A stretch of 64,000 nucleotides of DNA from contig JAGXAG010000006.1 of NCBI GenBank assembly GCA_018971685.1, positions 62 to 64,061 of the forward strand, written 5' to 3'. Position numbers and translations under genes: made by a program. This document shows positions 49,344 to 58,744 of the stretch, piece by piece (position 1 is the stretch's first letter; each line of letters begins with the position of its first letter). The notes under the pieces were generated by a model. It saw only the letters and a list, made by a program, of their open reading frames with translations, searched no databases and had not been told where the DNA came from. Origin of the DNA: Patescibacteria group bacterium. Its GTDB lineage: Bacteria; Patescibacteriota; Minisyncoccia; Phycocordibacterales; PALSA-1337.

Positions 49344-51365
49344 ATGAACCCCGCCCAAATACGCAATTTCTCTATTATCGCGCACATAGACCACGGCAAG
49401 TCCACCTTGGCCGACCGGATGTTGGAGTTGACCGGCACCATAGAGAAGCGCAAAATGCAGGCGCAGGTGTTGGATTCCATGGAATTGGAGCGTGAGCGCG
49501 GCATAACCATCAAACTCCAGCCGGTCAGGATGAAATGGTCATTGAAAGAGACCATCGCCGGCGCGCCCGCGGGCGAGTATGTGTTGAATCTAATAGACAC
49601 GCCCGGACACATCGATTTTTCCTATGAAGTATCCAGGTCGCTCAAAGCCGTCGAAGGATCCATCTTGCTCGTCGACGCCACCCAAGGCGTCCAGGCTCAG
49701 ACCCTAACCACCCTCAATATGGCGCGCGAGGCCGGCCTGGTCATCATTCCCGTCGTTTCCAAGATCGATTCGCCGCTGGCGCAGATCGAAGAGACCGTCA
49801 AAGAGATCAGTCAGCTTTTGGGTTGCCATGAATCCGAAGTCATCAAAGTTTCCGGCAAAACCGGCGAGGGCGTCGAACATTTACTCGACAAAATTATTAG
49901 TAAAATCCCGCCGCCATCCTGTGCCAGCCCCGCCCGAAACAAAGGAAGTTTCGCGAGCTCCGCGACTCTGCCGCGAAGCAATCCGTCGTTGCGTTTCCCG
50001 GACGGCAAGGGCGTGCATGTCCGAGAGCCATTGCCGGCCGCGGAAACGCCGACGGTTGCGAGCGGCATTCGCGGAGCTCGCGAAACTTCCTTTGTTTCGG
50101 GCGGGGCGACTGAATCTTTTTCGGCCGCCGAATCATTCAAGGAACCATTCCGGTCCCTCGTTTTTGACTTCCAATACTCCAACCACACCGGCATGATCGT
50201 CTATGTCCGCGTGTTCGACGGACAAGTCCGCAAACATGACAAATTGCAGTTCAAAATAGCCGGCAAAACATTCGAGGCCATCGAAGCAGGAATATTCGCT
50301 CCCCAGGAAACCCCCGTCGAATACATTGGCGCCGGCGAGATCGGCTATATCGTGACCGGCATCAAGGAGCCTGGCATTGCTTCCGTCGGCGATACCGTAG
50401 CCTCGATCAGAGACAATCAGCCGCCGCTATCCGGTTACCAAAGTCCAAAACCCGTTGTCTGGGCGTCGATCTATCCCGAAAGCCAAGACAATTTGCCCCT
50501 TTTGCGCCAAGCCCTCGCGCGCTTGCGCCTGTCCGATGCCGCTTTTACTTATGAAGAGGAGGCGTCCGGCACGCTCGGCAAAGGGTACCGATCAGGGTTC
50601 CTCGGCATGTTGCACCTGGAAATAGTCACCGAGCGCTTACGCCGCGAATACAACCTTGAACTGGTCGTTACCATGCCAACCATCATTTATTCCGTCAGAT
50701 TGAAAAACGACAAAGAGACCAAAATTTATTCGCCGGCGCTGTTCCCCGACGATCACGATATCATGTCTGTGAGCGAACCGGTCGTAACCATGAAGATAAT
50801 CACTCCACCGCCATATATCGGCGGATTGATGAAGTCAATTTATGACCACGAGGGCGAGATCGTCTCTACCGATAACTTCGGCGATAGCCGTACGATATTG
50901 GCCTTGAATATGCCGCTACGCGAGCTGATGCGCAACTTCTTCGACGAAGTCAAGAGCGTTTCTTCCGGTTACGCGTCGATTTCTTACGACATAACCGGCG
51001 CGAGGCAAGCCGATGTCACCAGGCTGGATATTTTGGTTGCCGACGAACCCGTGCCGGCTTTTGCCAGGGTTGTATCCAGGAGAAGAGTGCAAGAAGAGGC
51101 GGAATCTGCCGTCGAAAGGTTGCACAAACTGCTGCCACGCGAATTGTTCACTTTCAAAATCCAAGCCAAGGCCCACGGTCGTATCCTGGCTTCGCGCACC
51201 CTTTCCGGCATGAAAAAGGACGCCGCCGGTACGCTCTCCGGCGGCGATATCACCCGCAAGATGAAATTGCGCGAAAAACAAAAAGAAGGCCGCAAACGGC
51301 TGAAGGCGCGCGGCAAAGTGGCGATAGCGCAGGATGTTTTCGTGAAGATGATGCGCGCCGATTAG
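49344..51365 (+). CDS. lepA: Elongation factor 4 with an in-frame palindromic insertion
   Basis: IRNFSIIAHIDHGKSTLADR, DTPGH.DF, GFLGMLHLEI, GGDITRKMKL. Confidence 0.97.
   Translation: MNPAQIRNFSIIAHIDHGKSTLADRMLELTGTIEKRKMQAQVLDSMELERERGITIKLQPVRMKWSLKETIAGAPAGEYVLNLIDTPGHIDFSYEVSRSLKAVEGSILLVDATQGVQAQTLTTLNMAREAGLVIIPVVSKIDSPLAQIEETVKEISQLLGCHESEVIKVSGKTGEGVEHLLDKIISKIPPPSCASPARNKGSFASSATLPRSNPSLRFPDGKGVHVREPLPAAETPTVASGIRGARETSFVSGGATESFSAAESFKEPFRSLVFDFQYSNHTGMIVYVRVFDGQVRKHDKLQFKIAGKTFEAIEAGIFAPQETPVEYIGAGEIGYIVTGIKEPGIASVGDTVASIRDNQPPLSGYQSPKPVVWASIYPESQDNLPLLRQALARLRLSDAAFTYEEEASGTLGKGYRSGFLGMLHLEIVTERLRREYNLELVVTMPTIIYSVRLKNDKETKIYSPALFPDDHDIMSVSEPVVTMKIITPPPYIGGLMKSIYDHEGEIVSTDNFGDSRTILALNMPLRELMRNFFDEVKSVSSGYASISYDITGARQADVTRLDILVADEPVPAFARVVSRRRVQEEAESAVERLHKLLPRELFTFKIQAKAHGRILASRTLSGMKKDAAGTLSGGDITRKMKLREKQKEGRKRLKARGKVAIAQDVFVKMMRAD
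49927..50107. repeat. Palindromic element family C (181 bp, perfect 39-bp terminal IR, in frame in lepA)
   Basis: 49927-49965 is the exact reverse complement of 50069-50107. Confidence 0.95.
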
Positions 51366-51493
51366 TACCTCCACACAGGGAAGTACAAAAGGATCATGCT
51401 GATGATAACCAATATGCTCACAACGATGAATCCTATGTTTAGCTTTTTTCTGGTTTTTTCATGAAATAGCATGCTTATAGTATACTTATTTGC

Positions 51494-51877
51494 ATGAAGC
51501 ATCGCAACCGTTATTCCTGGAGCCGATTTTTGTCTTCGCCGATAGCGATTATCATCTTGGCGATATTATTGATTTTCATGCTTCGAGGCGTCTGGGGCGT
51601 TTACGGTAAATCTTCCGCCGCCGCCGACAGATTGGCGCAAGCCCAAGCGTCGCTCGATGCCTTGAAAGCTCATGAATCGGATCTGGAACGGCAGGTTTCG
51701 TATCTTTCAACCGACCAAGGCGTCGAATCAGAGATCAGGAGCAAATTTCGCGCCGCCTTGCCCGGCGAATCGGTTGCGGTTATTATTGACGGAACGCCGA
51801 CATCGACCGATAATGTGCCGGTCGTTGTTCCGGCGAAATCGTGGTGGATGAAATTATTGAGTGTGTTTGGGTTGTAG
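51494..51877 (+). CDS. Septum formation initiator (FtsB/DivIC-like)
   Basis: One TM helix, coiled coil, GVESEIRSKF...PGE. Confidence 0.8.
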   Translation: MKHRNRYSWSRFLSSPIAIIILAILLIFMLRGVWGVYGKSSAAADRLAQAQASLDALKAHESDLERQVSYLSTDQGVESEIRSKFRAALPGESVAVIIDGTPTSTDNVPVVVPAKSWWMKLLSVFGL

Positions 51878-51882
51878 CGCAG

Positions 51883-51953
51883 GCGGGTATAGTTTAGTGG
51901 CAAAATGACTGCTTCCCAAGCAGTAGATCGGAGTTCGATTCTCCGTACCCGCA
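51883..51953 (+). tRNA. tRNA-Gly (CCC)
   Basis: ACTGC-TT-CCC-AA-GCAGT. Confidence 0.95.
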
Positions 51954-51989
51954 CCCGAAGTCGAAAAAAGCGTCCGATTGCGCGCTTTG

Positions 51990-52229
51990 CTAACTTATTC
52001 CCAAAGACGACTTTAACTTTTCTTCGTTGAAGCCGACCACGATCTCTCCGCCGAGATCAATAACCGGCACCCCCATCTGTCCGGTTTTATCTATCATCTC
52101 TTTGCGCTTATCCATGTCGCTGGCCACATTGTACTCGGTATAATCGACATTGTTTGTTTTGAAAAAAGACTTCGCCATGTTGCAATACACGCAAGTCGGC
52201 GTCGAATAAATAGTTACGGTTTTTTGCAT
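51990..52229 (-). CDS. Glutaredoxin-like (NrdH/YruB)
   Basis: CVYC, GQMGVPVI, VGF. Confidence 0.92.
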   Translation of the reverse strand: MQKTVTIYSTPTCVYCNMAKSFFKTNNVDYTEYNVASDMDKRKEMIDKTGQMGVPVIDLGGEIVVGFNEEKLKSSLGIS

Positions 52230-52373
52230 ATTATTGTTTTTTTAAGTTATTGCCCTTGTAAACCAAGGCTTCTATTAGGGTTTGATTATAACTACAAAGT
52301 TAACCGCTTTGCAAGCAGGCGCTTGTTGATTTCCTGTGGAAAATGGAGAATTTCGGTTGCAATGGATTCGCGG

Positions 52374-52445
52374 TGCCCTCGGCAGGAATTGAACCCACAT
52401 CAATCCCTTAGGACGGGACTGTTCTATCCGTTGAACTACGAGGGC
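52374..52445 (-). tRNA. tRNA-Arg (CCT)
   Basis: GTCCC-GT-CCT-AA-GGGAT. Confidence 0.93.
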
Positions 52446-52501
52446 GATACGATCAAATTAGCACACTTTCGCCGAAATAATAAATCTGTTATATTAGTCG
52501 T

Positions 52502-52768
52502 ATGACGCCCGAAGAGAGATCATTGCTCGAAAATACGCACAAATTGGCCGAAGAGAACAACGAAATCCTTCGCAGCATCCGCCGGTCAAACAGGTTTTCA
52601 ACGGCGATGAAAATAGCGTATTGGGTGCTCATTATAGGTTTGTCGGTCGGTGCGTATTATTTGATCCAGCCATATATGACTTTTCTTTCCGGCCTGTCCG
52701 GCGGACAGTCGCTCAACTTGAATAACGCGCAGAATGCCGCAGACCAGCTGAAAGATCTTTTGAAGTAA
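52502..52768 (+). CDS. Small conserved membrane protein
   Basis: L.EENN.IL..IRR followed by a TM helix. Confidence 0.8.
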   Translation: MTPEERSLLENTHKLAEENNEILRSIRRSNRFSTAMKIAYWVLIIGLSVGAYYLIQPYMTFLSGLSGGQSLNLNNAQNAADQLKDLLK

Positions 52769-52771
52769 CTT

Positions 52772-52844
52772 GCCGAGATAGCTCAGTCGGTAGAGCATTC
52801 CCCTGAAGAGGGAAGGGTCGCCAGTTCGATCCTGGCTCTCGGCA
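52772..52844 (+). tRNA. tRNA-Phe (GAA)
   Basis: TTCCC-CT-GAA-GA-GGGAA. Confidence 0.95.
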
Positions 52845-52865
52845 CAGTGAAAGTTTGCCGCAGGA

Positions 52866-53336
52866 TTAAGCGGTTCTCACCTTTAATTTCGATTGCTTCT
52901 TCTTGTCCAGTTTCGGAAGCATCAGAATGAGCAGACCGTGCTTCTCGACGGCTTCGGCTTCGTCGACATCGATCTCTTCCGGCAATTGGACCGTGCGCGA
53001 GAACGAACCCCAGTACAATTCCCGCAGAAAATAATCGTCGTCGTTTTCGATGCGCTCTTCTTCGCGCTTGCCGCGTATGGTAACCAAGTCGCGAGTAATC
53101 GTAACATCAAGGTCTTCGGGCCTGACGCCGGCTATCATGCTTTTTATGACGATTGAATCGGGCGTTTGATAGACATCGACGGTCAATTCGCCCTCCTTCT
53201 CCGTCTCCTCGTCTATCCATGAAGCCAAGTCACCGCCGTTCTTTTTGGACGGCTTTAATTCCGGCTCATGTTCATCGCCGTTCATCCTGACAGCGCCGGT
53301 CAATCGTTCGAAAAAAGTTCTTTTATCTTTGGTCAT
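52866..53336 (-). CDS. Hsp20 small heat shock protein
   Basis: VDVYQT, ELYWGSFSR...LP, GLL...LPK. Confidence 0.92.
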   Translation of the reverse strand: MTKDKRTFFERLTGAVRMNGDEHEPELKPSKKNGGDLASWIDEETEKEGELTVDVYQTPDSIVIKSMIAGVRPEDLDVTITRDLVTIRGKREEERIENDDDYFLRELYWGSFSRTVQLPEEIDVDEAEAVEKHGLLILMLPKLDKKKQSKLKVRTA

Positions 53337-53355
53337 GTTTTATTTATTAATATGA

Positions 53356-54048
53356 TTATACGATTAATTTCGGTCTTACCGCTTTTACTTCTTCGAACAG
53401 AATCATCAGTATCACCACGGCGATCCAGATCCACAGGAAAGATTTCAAAGTATCGGACGGCGATGAGCTAATTATAGACAAATTGAATCCGGCATGCAAA
53501 GCGATGGCTGTGATCAGGCCGAGCGTGCCGGAGACGATCTTGAATATCCTGCCGCGATAAAACGCCAGGCCGAGTGCGAAGCCGACCGTGGCGGAACTGA
53601 CGATGTGTACGAGTGTGGCGCCGACGAACCTCATGCTGCCCGTCACGATACTCTGGGTTATTTCACCGTTAGACAGCGGGCTGAGCACGAACAAGGTGTT
53701 TTCGATAGCCGAGAATCCCAAAGCTACGGTAATAGCATATATCATGGCGTCTATCGGTTCGTCATTCCATCTGGTTCTAAGCGCCACCATTCCAACAGTG
53801 CCAAACTTGATGATTTCTTCAACCGCCGCCCAGAGAGTATAGCGGCCGGTTTCGTTGGCGACGGCGTCGGATATGTATTTTTCGGCGAATATGGCGACTA
53901 TCACCGACAATGCTCCGGCCAAGAATGCCCCGGCGATGAGCCATCTTGGTTCCGGGTGCTCTATGTCTTCGTGGAGCCAGAAAGTGAGCCAAATAAAGGC
54001 GGGGATCAGCCCGGCCAAAATGGCGTAAAGAAATGCATCATAATTCAT
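53356..54048 (-). CDS. PrsW family intramembrane protease
   Basis: PEP, EEIIK, GFSAIEN, H...H motifs. Confidence 0.9.
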   Translation of the reverse strand: MNYDAFLYAILAGLIPAFIWLTFWLHEDIEHPEPRWLIAGAFLAGALSVIVAIFAEKYISDAVANETGRYTLWAAVEEIIKFGTVGMVALRTRWNDEPIDAMIYAITVALGFSAIENTLFVLSPLSNGEITQSIVTGSMRFVGATLVHIVSSATVGFALGLAFYRGRIFKIVSGTLGLITAIALHAGFNLSIISSSPSDTLKSFLWIWIAVVILMILFEEVKAVRPKLIV

Positions 54049-54215
54049 ACTGTTATTATTATAGCTCATAGCCTTGAATTTCATACTGTTGACAAATATC
54101 CGAGGTGTTATATGGTGCTAGTAGAGTAACAAAGCTGGTTCTTGCTCAACAGTTATTGTGTCGCCGGACGGCGGCTATGTTGAGCTGGAATTGGTTGAAA
54201 AATTGATAGGTGTTT

Positions 54216-55202
54216 ATGAACATTGTAAGTTTGGCATTGTCTCTGGTTGTTGCGTTTGGAATGTTTTCGGCCAAGGCGGCCCAGTCGCCGACTGTCGGCG
54301 ATTCAGCAAAATCAACGGCACCCGGTGCTAACAACGGAAACCGCCAACCGAAAGGTCTGATCGGCGCCGGCAGTCCGGTAATCGTCGTTACGCCGGTTTT
54401 ATTGGCGGCCCAGCCGTCGGCTTCGTGGGCGGCGGGTGCGGATATGGTCATCGCCGACGCGCTCGCTGGCGGATTGAAGTCGAACACAGCCGTGACAAAT
54501 CCGTCCGATTATGCGGTGTGCAATCACCACATCGGTTGGCAAAATCTGGTCTATTCGACCGGCGCGTACATGTGGGACGGAATGTTGAATCCCGTCGCGC
54601 CGTTCAACGCCGAATACGGCCATGTCGTATGGGCGTTGGTTGATGCCAGATCCGGCACAGGCAATGACGATCTGTCATTAGACATGCTACAGGTTGTTAC
54701 GGCGTCAAACGACGGTAACGCACTGGGCGGCACCAATGGTTTTTCCGGCGACAATTATACGGCTCGTGCCGTGGCAGTCAAAAAAGACGGTACTGTGGTT
54801 GAAAGCGGCACCGCATCACAGGAAGGCGTACGGGTGCTTGTGCTGGTCCAGTCGCCTTTATTCAACAATGGCGGGACTCAGGCCGGCCTCGACCAAGTGA
54901 AATCATGGGTGATGAGCCAGGGCAACTACAGTTTGACATATGTTGCCGAAGTCGTCGGCAATAACGCTACGGCGTCGGCGGCGTCTGTAACTGTGAACGG
55001 CGGTGTGCCATCTGTGAATCTGCGATTCATGCCGAACGGCCAATTGTCGGTTGTCGCCGGAGACACGGATCGTACCTATGTTCTCTATTCCACGGCAACT
55101 TTGCCCGGCGTATGGAAATTTGCCGGGACCTTGAATGGGACAAATGCTGTTACAGTCCAATTCACGAACACGGCGATGTTTTTCAAAGCCGTGGCCCAGT
55201 GA
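54216..55202 (+). CDS. Secreted hypothetical protein
   Basis: Signal peptide (..AKAAQ), beta-rich body, own TTGACA promoter and terminator. Confidence 0.8.
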   Translation: MNIVSLALSLVVAFGMFSAKAAQSPTVGDSAKSTAPGANNGNRQPKGLIGAGSPVIVVTPVLLAAQPSASWAAGADMVIADALAGGLKSNTAVTNPSDYAVCNHHIGWQNLVYSTGAYMWDGMLNPVAPFNAEYGHVVWALVDARSGTGNDDLSLDMLQVVTASNDGNALGGTNGFSGDNYTARAVAVKKDGTVVESGTASQEGVRVLVLVQSPLFNNGGTQAGLDQVKSWVMSQGNYSLTYVAEVVGNNATASAASVTVNGGVPSVNLRFMPNGQLSVVAGDTDRTYVLYSTATLPGVWKFAGTLNGTNAVTVQFTNTAMFFKAVAQ

Positions 55203-55229
55203 ATGGTAACGGATCGGTAACATTTTGCG

Positions 55230-55268
55230 ATCTCCCGGGGACGCACGCGCGTTCCCTGGGGATTTTTT
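55230..55268 (+). terminator. Intrinsic terminator
   Basis: ATCTCCCGGGGAC..GTTCCCTGGGGAT followed by a T tract. Confidence 0.65.
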
Positions 55269-55387
55269 ATATAACATTGACAAATTCTAATGGTATTATA
55301 AGGTTCACGAAAGAGATACGCCCAAAAATACGGTTTGCACAGTAAATGAGTCATATTTATCAAGAAAATTAATAAAATTACATCAAA

Positions 55388-56332
55388 ATGAACAAAAAAC
55401 TGCTAATTTTAGCCATTTCAGCCACAATAATCGCTTTGCCGGCACTAGCCGCGGCGCAACCGACGACTGACAACAGCCTCTCTAGCGCGGCTCCGGCCGC
55501 TAAACCGTCTGTCGGCGATTCTTCTTCCAGTGCCGCTCCGACAGCTCCGCCGGCGGGTAATTCTTCTTCCAGCGCGGCACCAGTTACGCCTCCTGCCGGA
55601 AACTCTTCTTCGAGCGCAGCGCCGTCGACTCCTCCTACGGGAGGGTCATCTTCCAGCGCCGCTCCGGCCTCAACTCCTTCACCTGTCCCTCCCACCCCTC
55701 CTTCTTCCGGCGGCGGATCGACTTCAAGCTCAGGCAGTTTTATAGGCGGTGGATTCAGCGCCGTGCCTCTGGCGATCAGAACCGCAACTTCAACCGCAAC
55801 GGCTTCGGCGGATTGTCCGCTTATAACTGCTTACATGAAGCTTGGCTGGAACAATCCGGCCGATCAGGTTGCCAAGTTACAAGCATTTCTGAAAAATTCC
55901 GAGCATCTGAATGTTTCCGTAACCGGCATATTTGACCAGCAAACCGAACAGGCTGTCGAAGCTTTCCAGAGGAAATATCTTGAGACTATCATGGGTCCGT
56001 GGAGCGCCACCAAGCCTTCCGGTACCGTCTACATTACGACCATCAAGAAAATCAACGAAATCGCCTGCAATCAGCCGCTTACGCTCGATCCGAAAGAACT
56101 GTCCACCATCGCGCAATATGTGAAAAATCTGGCTTCCGGTGCGCGAAATGAAACGGCTCAAACTATTGAAGTCGGCGCCGTCAGCAGTTCAACAACGGTT
56201 TCCGGCCCTGTCGTACCGATAGGCCCGGCTCTCATAGGCCAGAATGTAACGGCCAGCTCGTCAAACGCCGCCGCTGTTGGCAATGCCTCTGTCATCCAAA
56301 GATTTTGGAGTTTCATAAAAAGCATCTTTTAG
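55388..56332 (+). CDS. Secreted Ser/Pro-repeat protein with peptidoglycan-binding domain
   Basis: Signal peptide, 5x GxSSSSAAP repeats, V.KLQ.FL...TG.F...TE.AV..FQ. Confidence 0.85.
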   Translation: MNKKLLILAISATIIALPALAAAQPTTDNSLSSAAPAAKPSVGDSSSSAAPTAPPAGNSSSSAAPVTPPAGNSSSSAAPSTPPTGGSSSSAAPASTPSPVPPTPPSSGGGSTSSSGSFIGGGFSAVPLAIRTATSTATASADCPLITAYMKLGWNNPADQVAKLQAFLKNSEHLNVSVTGIFDQQTEQAVEAFQRKYLETIMGPWSATKPSGTVYITTIKKINEIACNQPLTLDPKELSTIAQYVKNLASGARNETAQTIEVGAVSSSTTVSGPVVPIGPALIGQNVTASSSNAAAVGNASVIQRFWSFIKSIF

Positions 56333-56373
56333 CGATCAGGAGGGATGTACTATAACGCGTCTGATGTGAAGCG

Positions 56374-56403
56374 GAGGGACGCCCTATATATAGGGCGTCC
56401 CTC
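56374..56403. terminator. Perfect palindrome between convergent genes
   Basis: GAGGGACGCCCTATATATAGGGCGTCCCTC. Confidence 0.6.
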
Positions 56404-56411
56404 TGTATTTA

Positions 56412-57548
56412 TCACGCCAATTTTTTTGTGCCGTGAGCTGTTATATCACCGCTTGATTCTTCAATGCCGCGCATTGCTCCCGCAAGTGCTATCATAAGGG
56501 CGTTGTCGCCGGATATGTGTTTTGATGGCAGGAATAAAGGAATGTCTAATGAATACGCCAGCCGAGCCAATCGTTCGCGGATCAGGCGGTTCGCGGAGAC
56601 GCCGCCGCCCAGAATGAGTGATTTGGCGGAAGTTTGGTCTATGGCCGCGCGAGTCTTCGACTCGAGGACTTCGGTAACGGCGCGTTCAAACCCGAGGGCC
56701 ATGCCTTTTTTGAAGTCGTCGTCCAGCCGGCCGTCTGCATCCGCCCGGGTTTTTTCCGCCTTTTGGATGGCGTAGAGTACGGCGGTTTTCAAGCCCGAGA
56801 ATGAAAAATCAAGCGAACCGTTTCTAATCATAGGCCTGGGCAGATCTACCGGCGGTTCGATCCCTTCTTCTTCGGCTTTTTGCGCCAGCACGGAAATATG
56901 CGGTCCGCCCGGATAGGGAAGTCCGAGTAGGCGCGCGACTTTGTCGAACGCTTCTCCCGCGGCATCGTCGCGGGTGGCGCCGAGGATTTCATATTTCCAT
57001 AGATTTTTTTTGACATATGTGCCGGCTTCTCCGCGCACGCTTTCGATTTTCACCAACTCGGTGTGTCCGCCGCTTACAAGCAGTGCCACCGACGGCAAAG
57101 GCAACGGTTTCAATTCTTGCCAAGTGCCATAAGGCGCGTCTGATCCCAAAAGTGATCCGACGATGTGGCCTTCCATGTGATTTACGGGAGTGATCGGGAC
57201 TTTCCACTTTTCGGCCAGATCTCGCGCGAACACGATGCCGGTCCACAAAGCAGGCTCCAGGCCCGGGCCTTCCGTAACAGCGATGCGGTCTATGCCCGGC
57301 CTTTTTTCCAGAAAATCATAGCCGTAAAGCGGCTCCATGAGTTTTGTCAAAAGCACCGGCAGATTCTTTTGGTGTTCCCGTTTGGCCAGGTTAGGGTATA
57401 CGCCGCCATACGCGCTGTGCAGTTCGGCTTGCGAATGAACCAGCGAATTTATCACGCGGCATTCGAATTTTCCCGCCGCTTCTCTGGTTTCGATGATGGC
57501 GAGCGCCGTCTCGTCGCAACTTGTTTCTATGCCCAAGATGGTTGTCAT
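56412..57548 (-). CDS. tsaD: tRNA t6A synthase TsaD
   Basis: GIETSCDET, GPGL, HMEGH, SGGHT, DDAAGEAFDK, FSFSGLKT, DNA.MIA. Confidence 0.96.
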   Translation of the reverse strand: MTTILGIETSCDETALAIIETREAAGKFECRVINSLVHSQAELHSAYGGVYPNLAKREHQKNLPVLLTKLMEPLYGYDFLEKRPGIDRIAVTEGPGLEPALWTGIVFARDLAEKWKVPITPVNHMEGHIVGSLLGSDAPYGTWQELKPLPLPSVALLVSGGHTELVKIESVRGEAGTYVKKNLWKYEILGATRDDAAGEAFDKVARLLGLPYPGGPHISVLAQKAEEEGIEPPVDLPRPMIRNGSLDFSFSGLKTAVLYAIQKAEKTRADADGRLDDDFKKGMALGFERAVTEVLESKTRAAIDQTSAKSLILGGGVSANRLIRERLARLAYSLDIPLFLPSKHISGDNALMIALAGAMRGIEESSGDITAHGTKKLA

Positions 57549-57552
57549 TCGG

Positions 57553-57625
57553 TGCGCGCTGTAGGACTTGAACCTACGACCCTTCCCACGTCAAGGGAAT
57601 GCTCTACCAACTGAGCTAAGCGCGC
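57553..57625 (-). tRNA. tRNA-Val (GAC)
   Basis: TTCCC-TT-GAC-GT-GGGAA. Confidence 0.95.
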
Positions 57626-57637
57626 CGGTCACGAAAA

Positions 57638-58693
57638 TCAATTTACCACATCAGATAAGATAATGCCACGGCCGGGATCGTCTTTTACCCTCAAAGTATC
57701 TACATGGTCAAGCGTCGGCTTGCCGTTACCCGGCGATATGTACAATTCAACCAGCAACCCCTCCATGGTCTTGGCAGAGAAGTATTGATCGAACAGGAGA
57801 TTGCCAAGCGAATAATAAACCGGCACTTCGCCAAGCCACTCATTGTCTCCGATTACATGCGAATGTGCGCCGACGATAGCGCCGGCGCCGGCCGCGGCCA
57901 ATTCCCGGGCCTGCTTGCGCATAGTATCTGTCGGATGCGGCGAATATTCCACGCCCCAGTGCGGCATGACCACGACAAAATCGCCCTTGGCCTTTAATTC
58001 TTGGACGCGCGAGACGATCCGTTCGAAGCCTGATTGGAAAGCGTGATAACCGACCAAAGCGACGCAAACGCCCTTTTTGCATATGACCGCTTCGCTGGAA
58101 GTGGCGTTCCATGGCGTGCCGAACCACTCCACGCCCGCCGCCGAGAGGTATTTTCGTGTCTGCTCGATGCCGCTTGCGCCGAAGTTGTCGCTGTGGTTAT
58201 TGGCCATGCTGACGGCATCCAAGCCGGCCCGCGCCAGCGCACCGGCGGTTTCCGGCGCAAATGTGAAGGCGAAAGAATCGGTCGTTGCGCCACGGTCGTT
58301 CAATGTTTTCGACGGTTCCGCCGTTATGGGCCCTTCGAGGTTTGCCACGGCGATGTCGGCGGCCCTGAATGTGGGAGCGACCTCGGCAAACAGGGTATCA
58401 TAGCCTTTGATCTCGCCGAGCCGCCTTATAGCCCTGTCCATCATGATATCGCCGCCGATGATAACGGTGATTGTCTTGTCAGGAGAATTGTTACTTGCGG
58501 CAGTGCCGCCGGCGTAATCGGTTTTGCCGGGAGAAAATGCCGGCAGAATTGCCGCGGCTGTTTGCAAAAGATTTTTGCCGCCGTTCGCCGTCCTCGCCAG
58601 TTCTCCCACGCCCCGCGATATCGCCAACGCGCCGCCCCAGCCGACGGCAAGAGCCATAAGCGTTGCGAACATTACGCCAAAGCGATTTTTCAT
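57638..58693 (-). CDS. CapA family metallophosphoesterase
   Basis: GDIM, NLEGP, ANNHS.., HWGVEY, GAHSH, YSLGN..FDQ. Confidence 0.92.
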   Translation of the reverse strand: MKNRFGVMFATLMALAVGWGGALAISRGVGELARTANGGKNLLQTAAAILPAFSPGKTDYAGGTAASNNSPDKTITVIIGGDIMMDRAIRRLGEIKGYDTLFAEVAPTFRAADIAVANLEGPITAEPSKTLNDRGATTDSFAFTFAPETAGALARAGLDAVSMANNHSDNFGASGIEQTRKYLSAAGVEWFGTPWNATSSEAVICKKGVCVALVGYHAFQSGFERIVSRVQELKAKGDFVVVMPHWGVEYSPHPTDTMRKQARELAAAGAGAIVGAHSHVIGDNEWLGEVPVYYSLGNLLFDQYFSAKTMEGLLVELYISPGNGKPTLDHVDTLRVKDDPGRGIILSDVVN

Positions 58694-58744
58694 GCAAGTT
58701 CATTATATATCGCACGGCCTTTTATTAAAATAGACTCTGCCGAT

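Noticed and set aside
21305-50107. Inteins or group I/II introns as the explanation of the ligA/pyrG/lepA inserts
   Set aside because: The inserts are too short and lack C-terminal HN-C/S/T intein motifs and intron core motifs. The same DNA is read in different frames.
56412-57548. Short extra loops in TsaD as further palindromic inserts
   Set aside because: No inverted repeat is visible and there is no match to the other elements.
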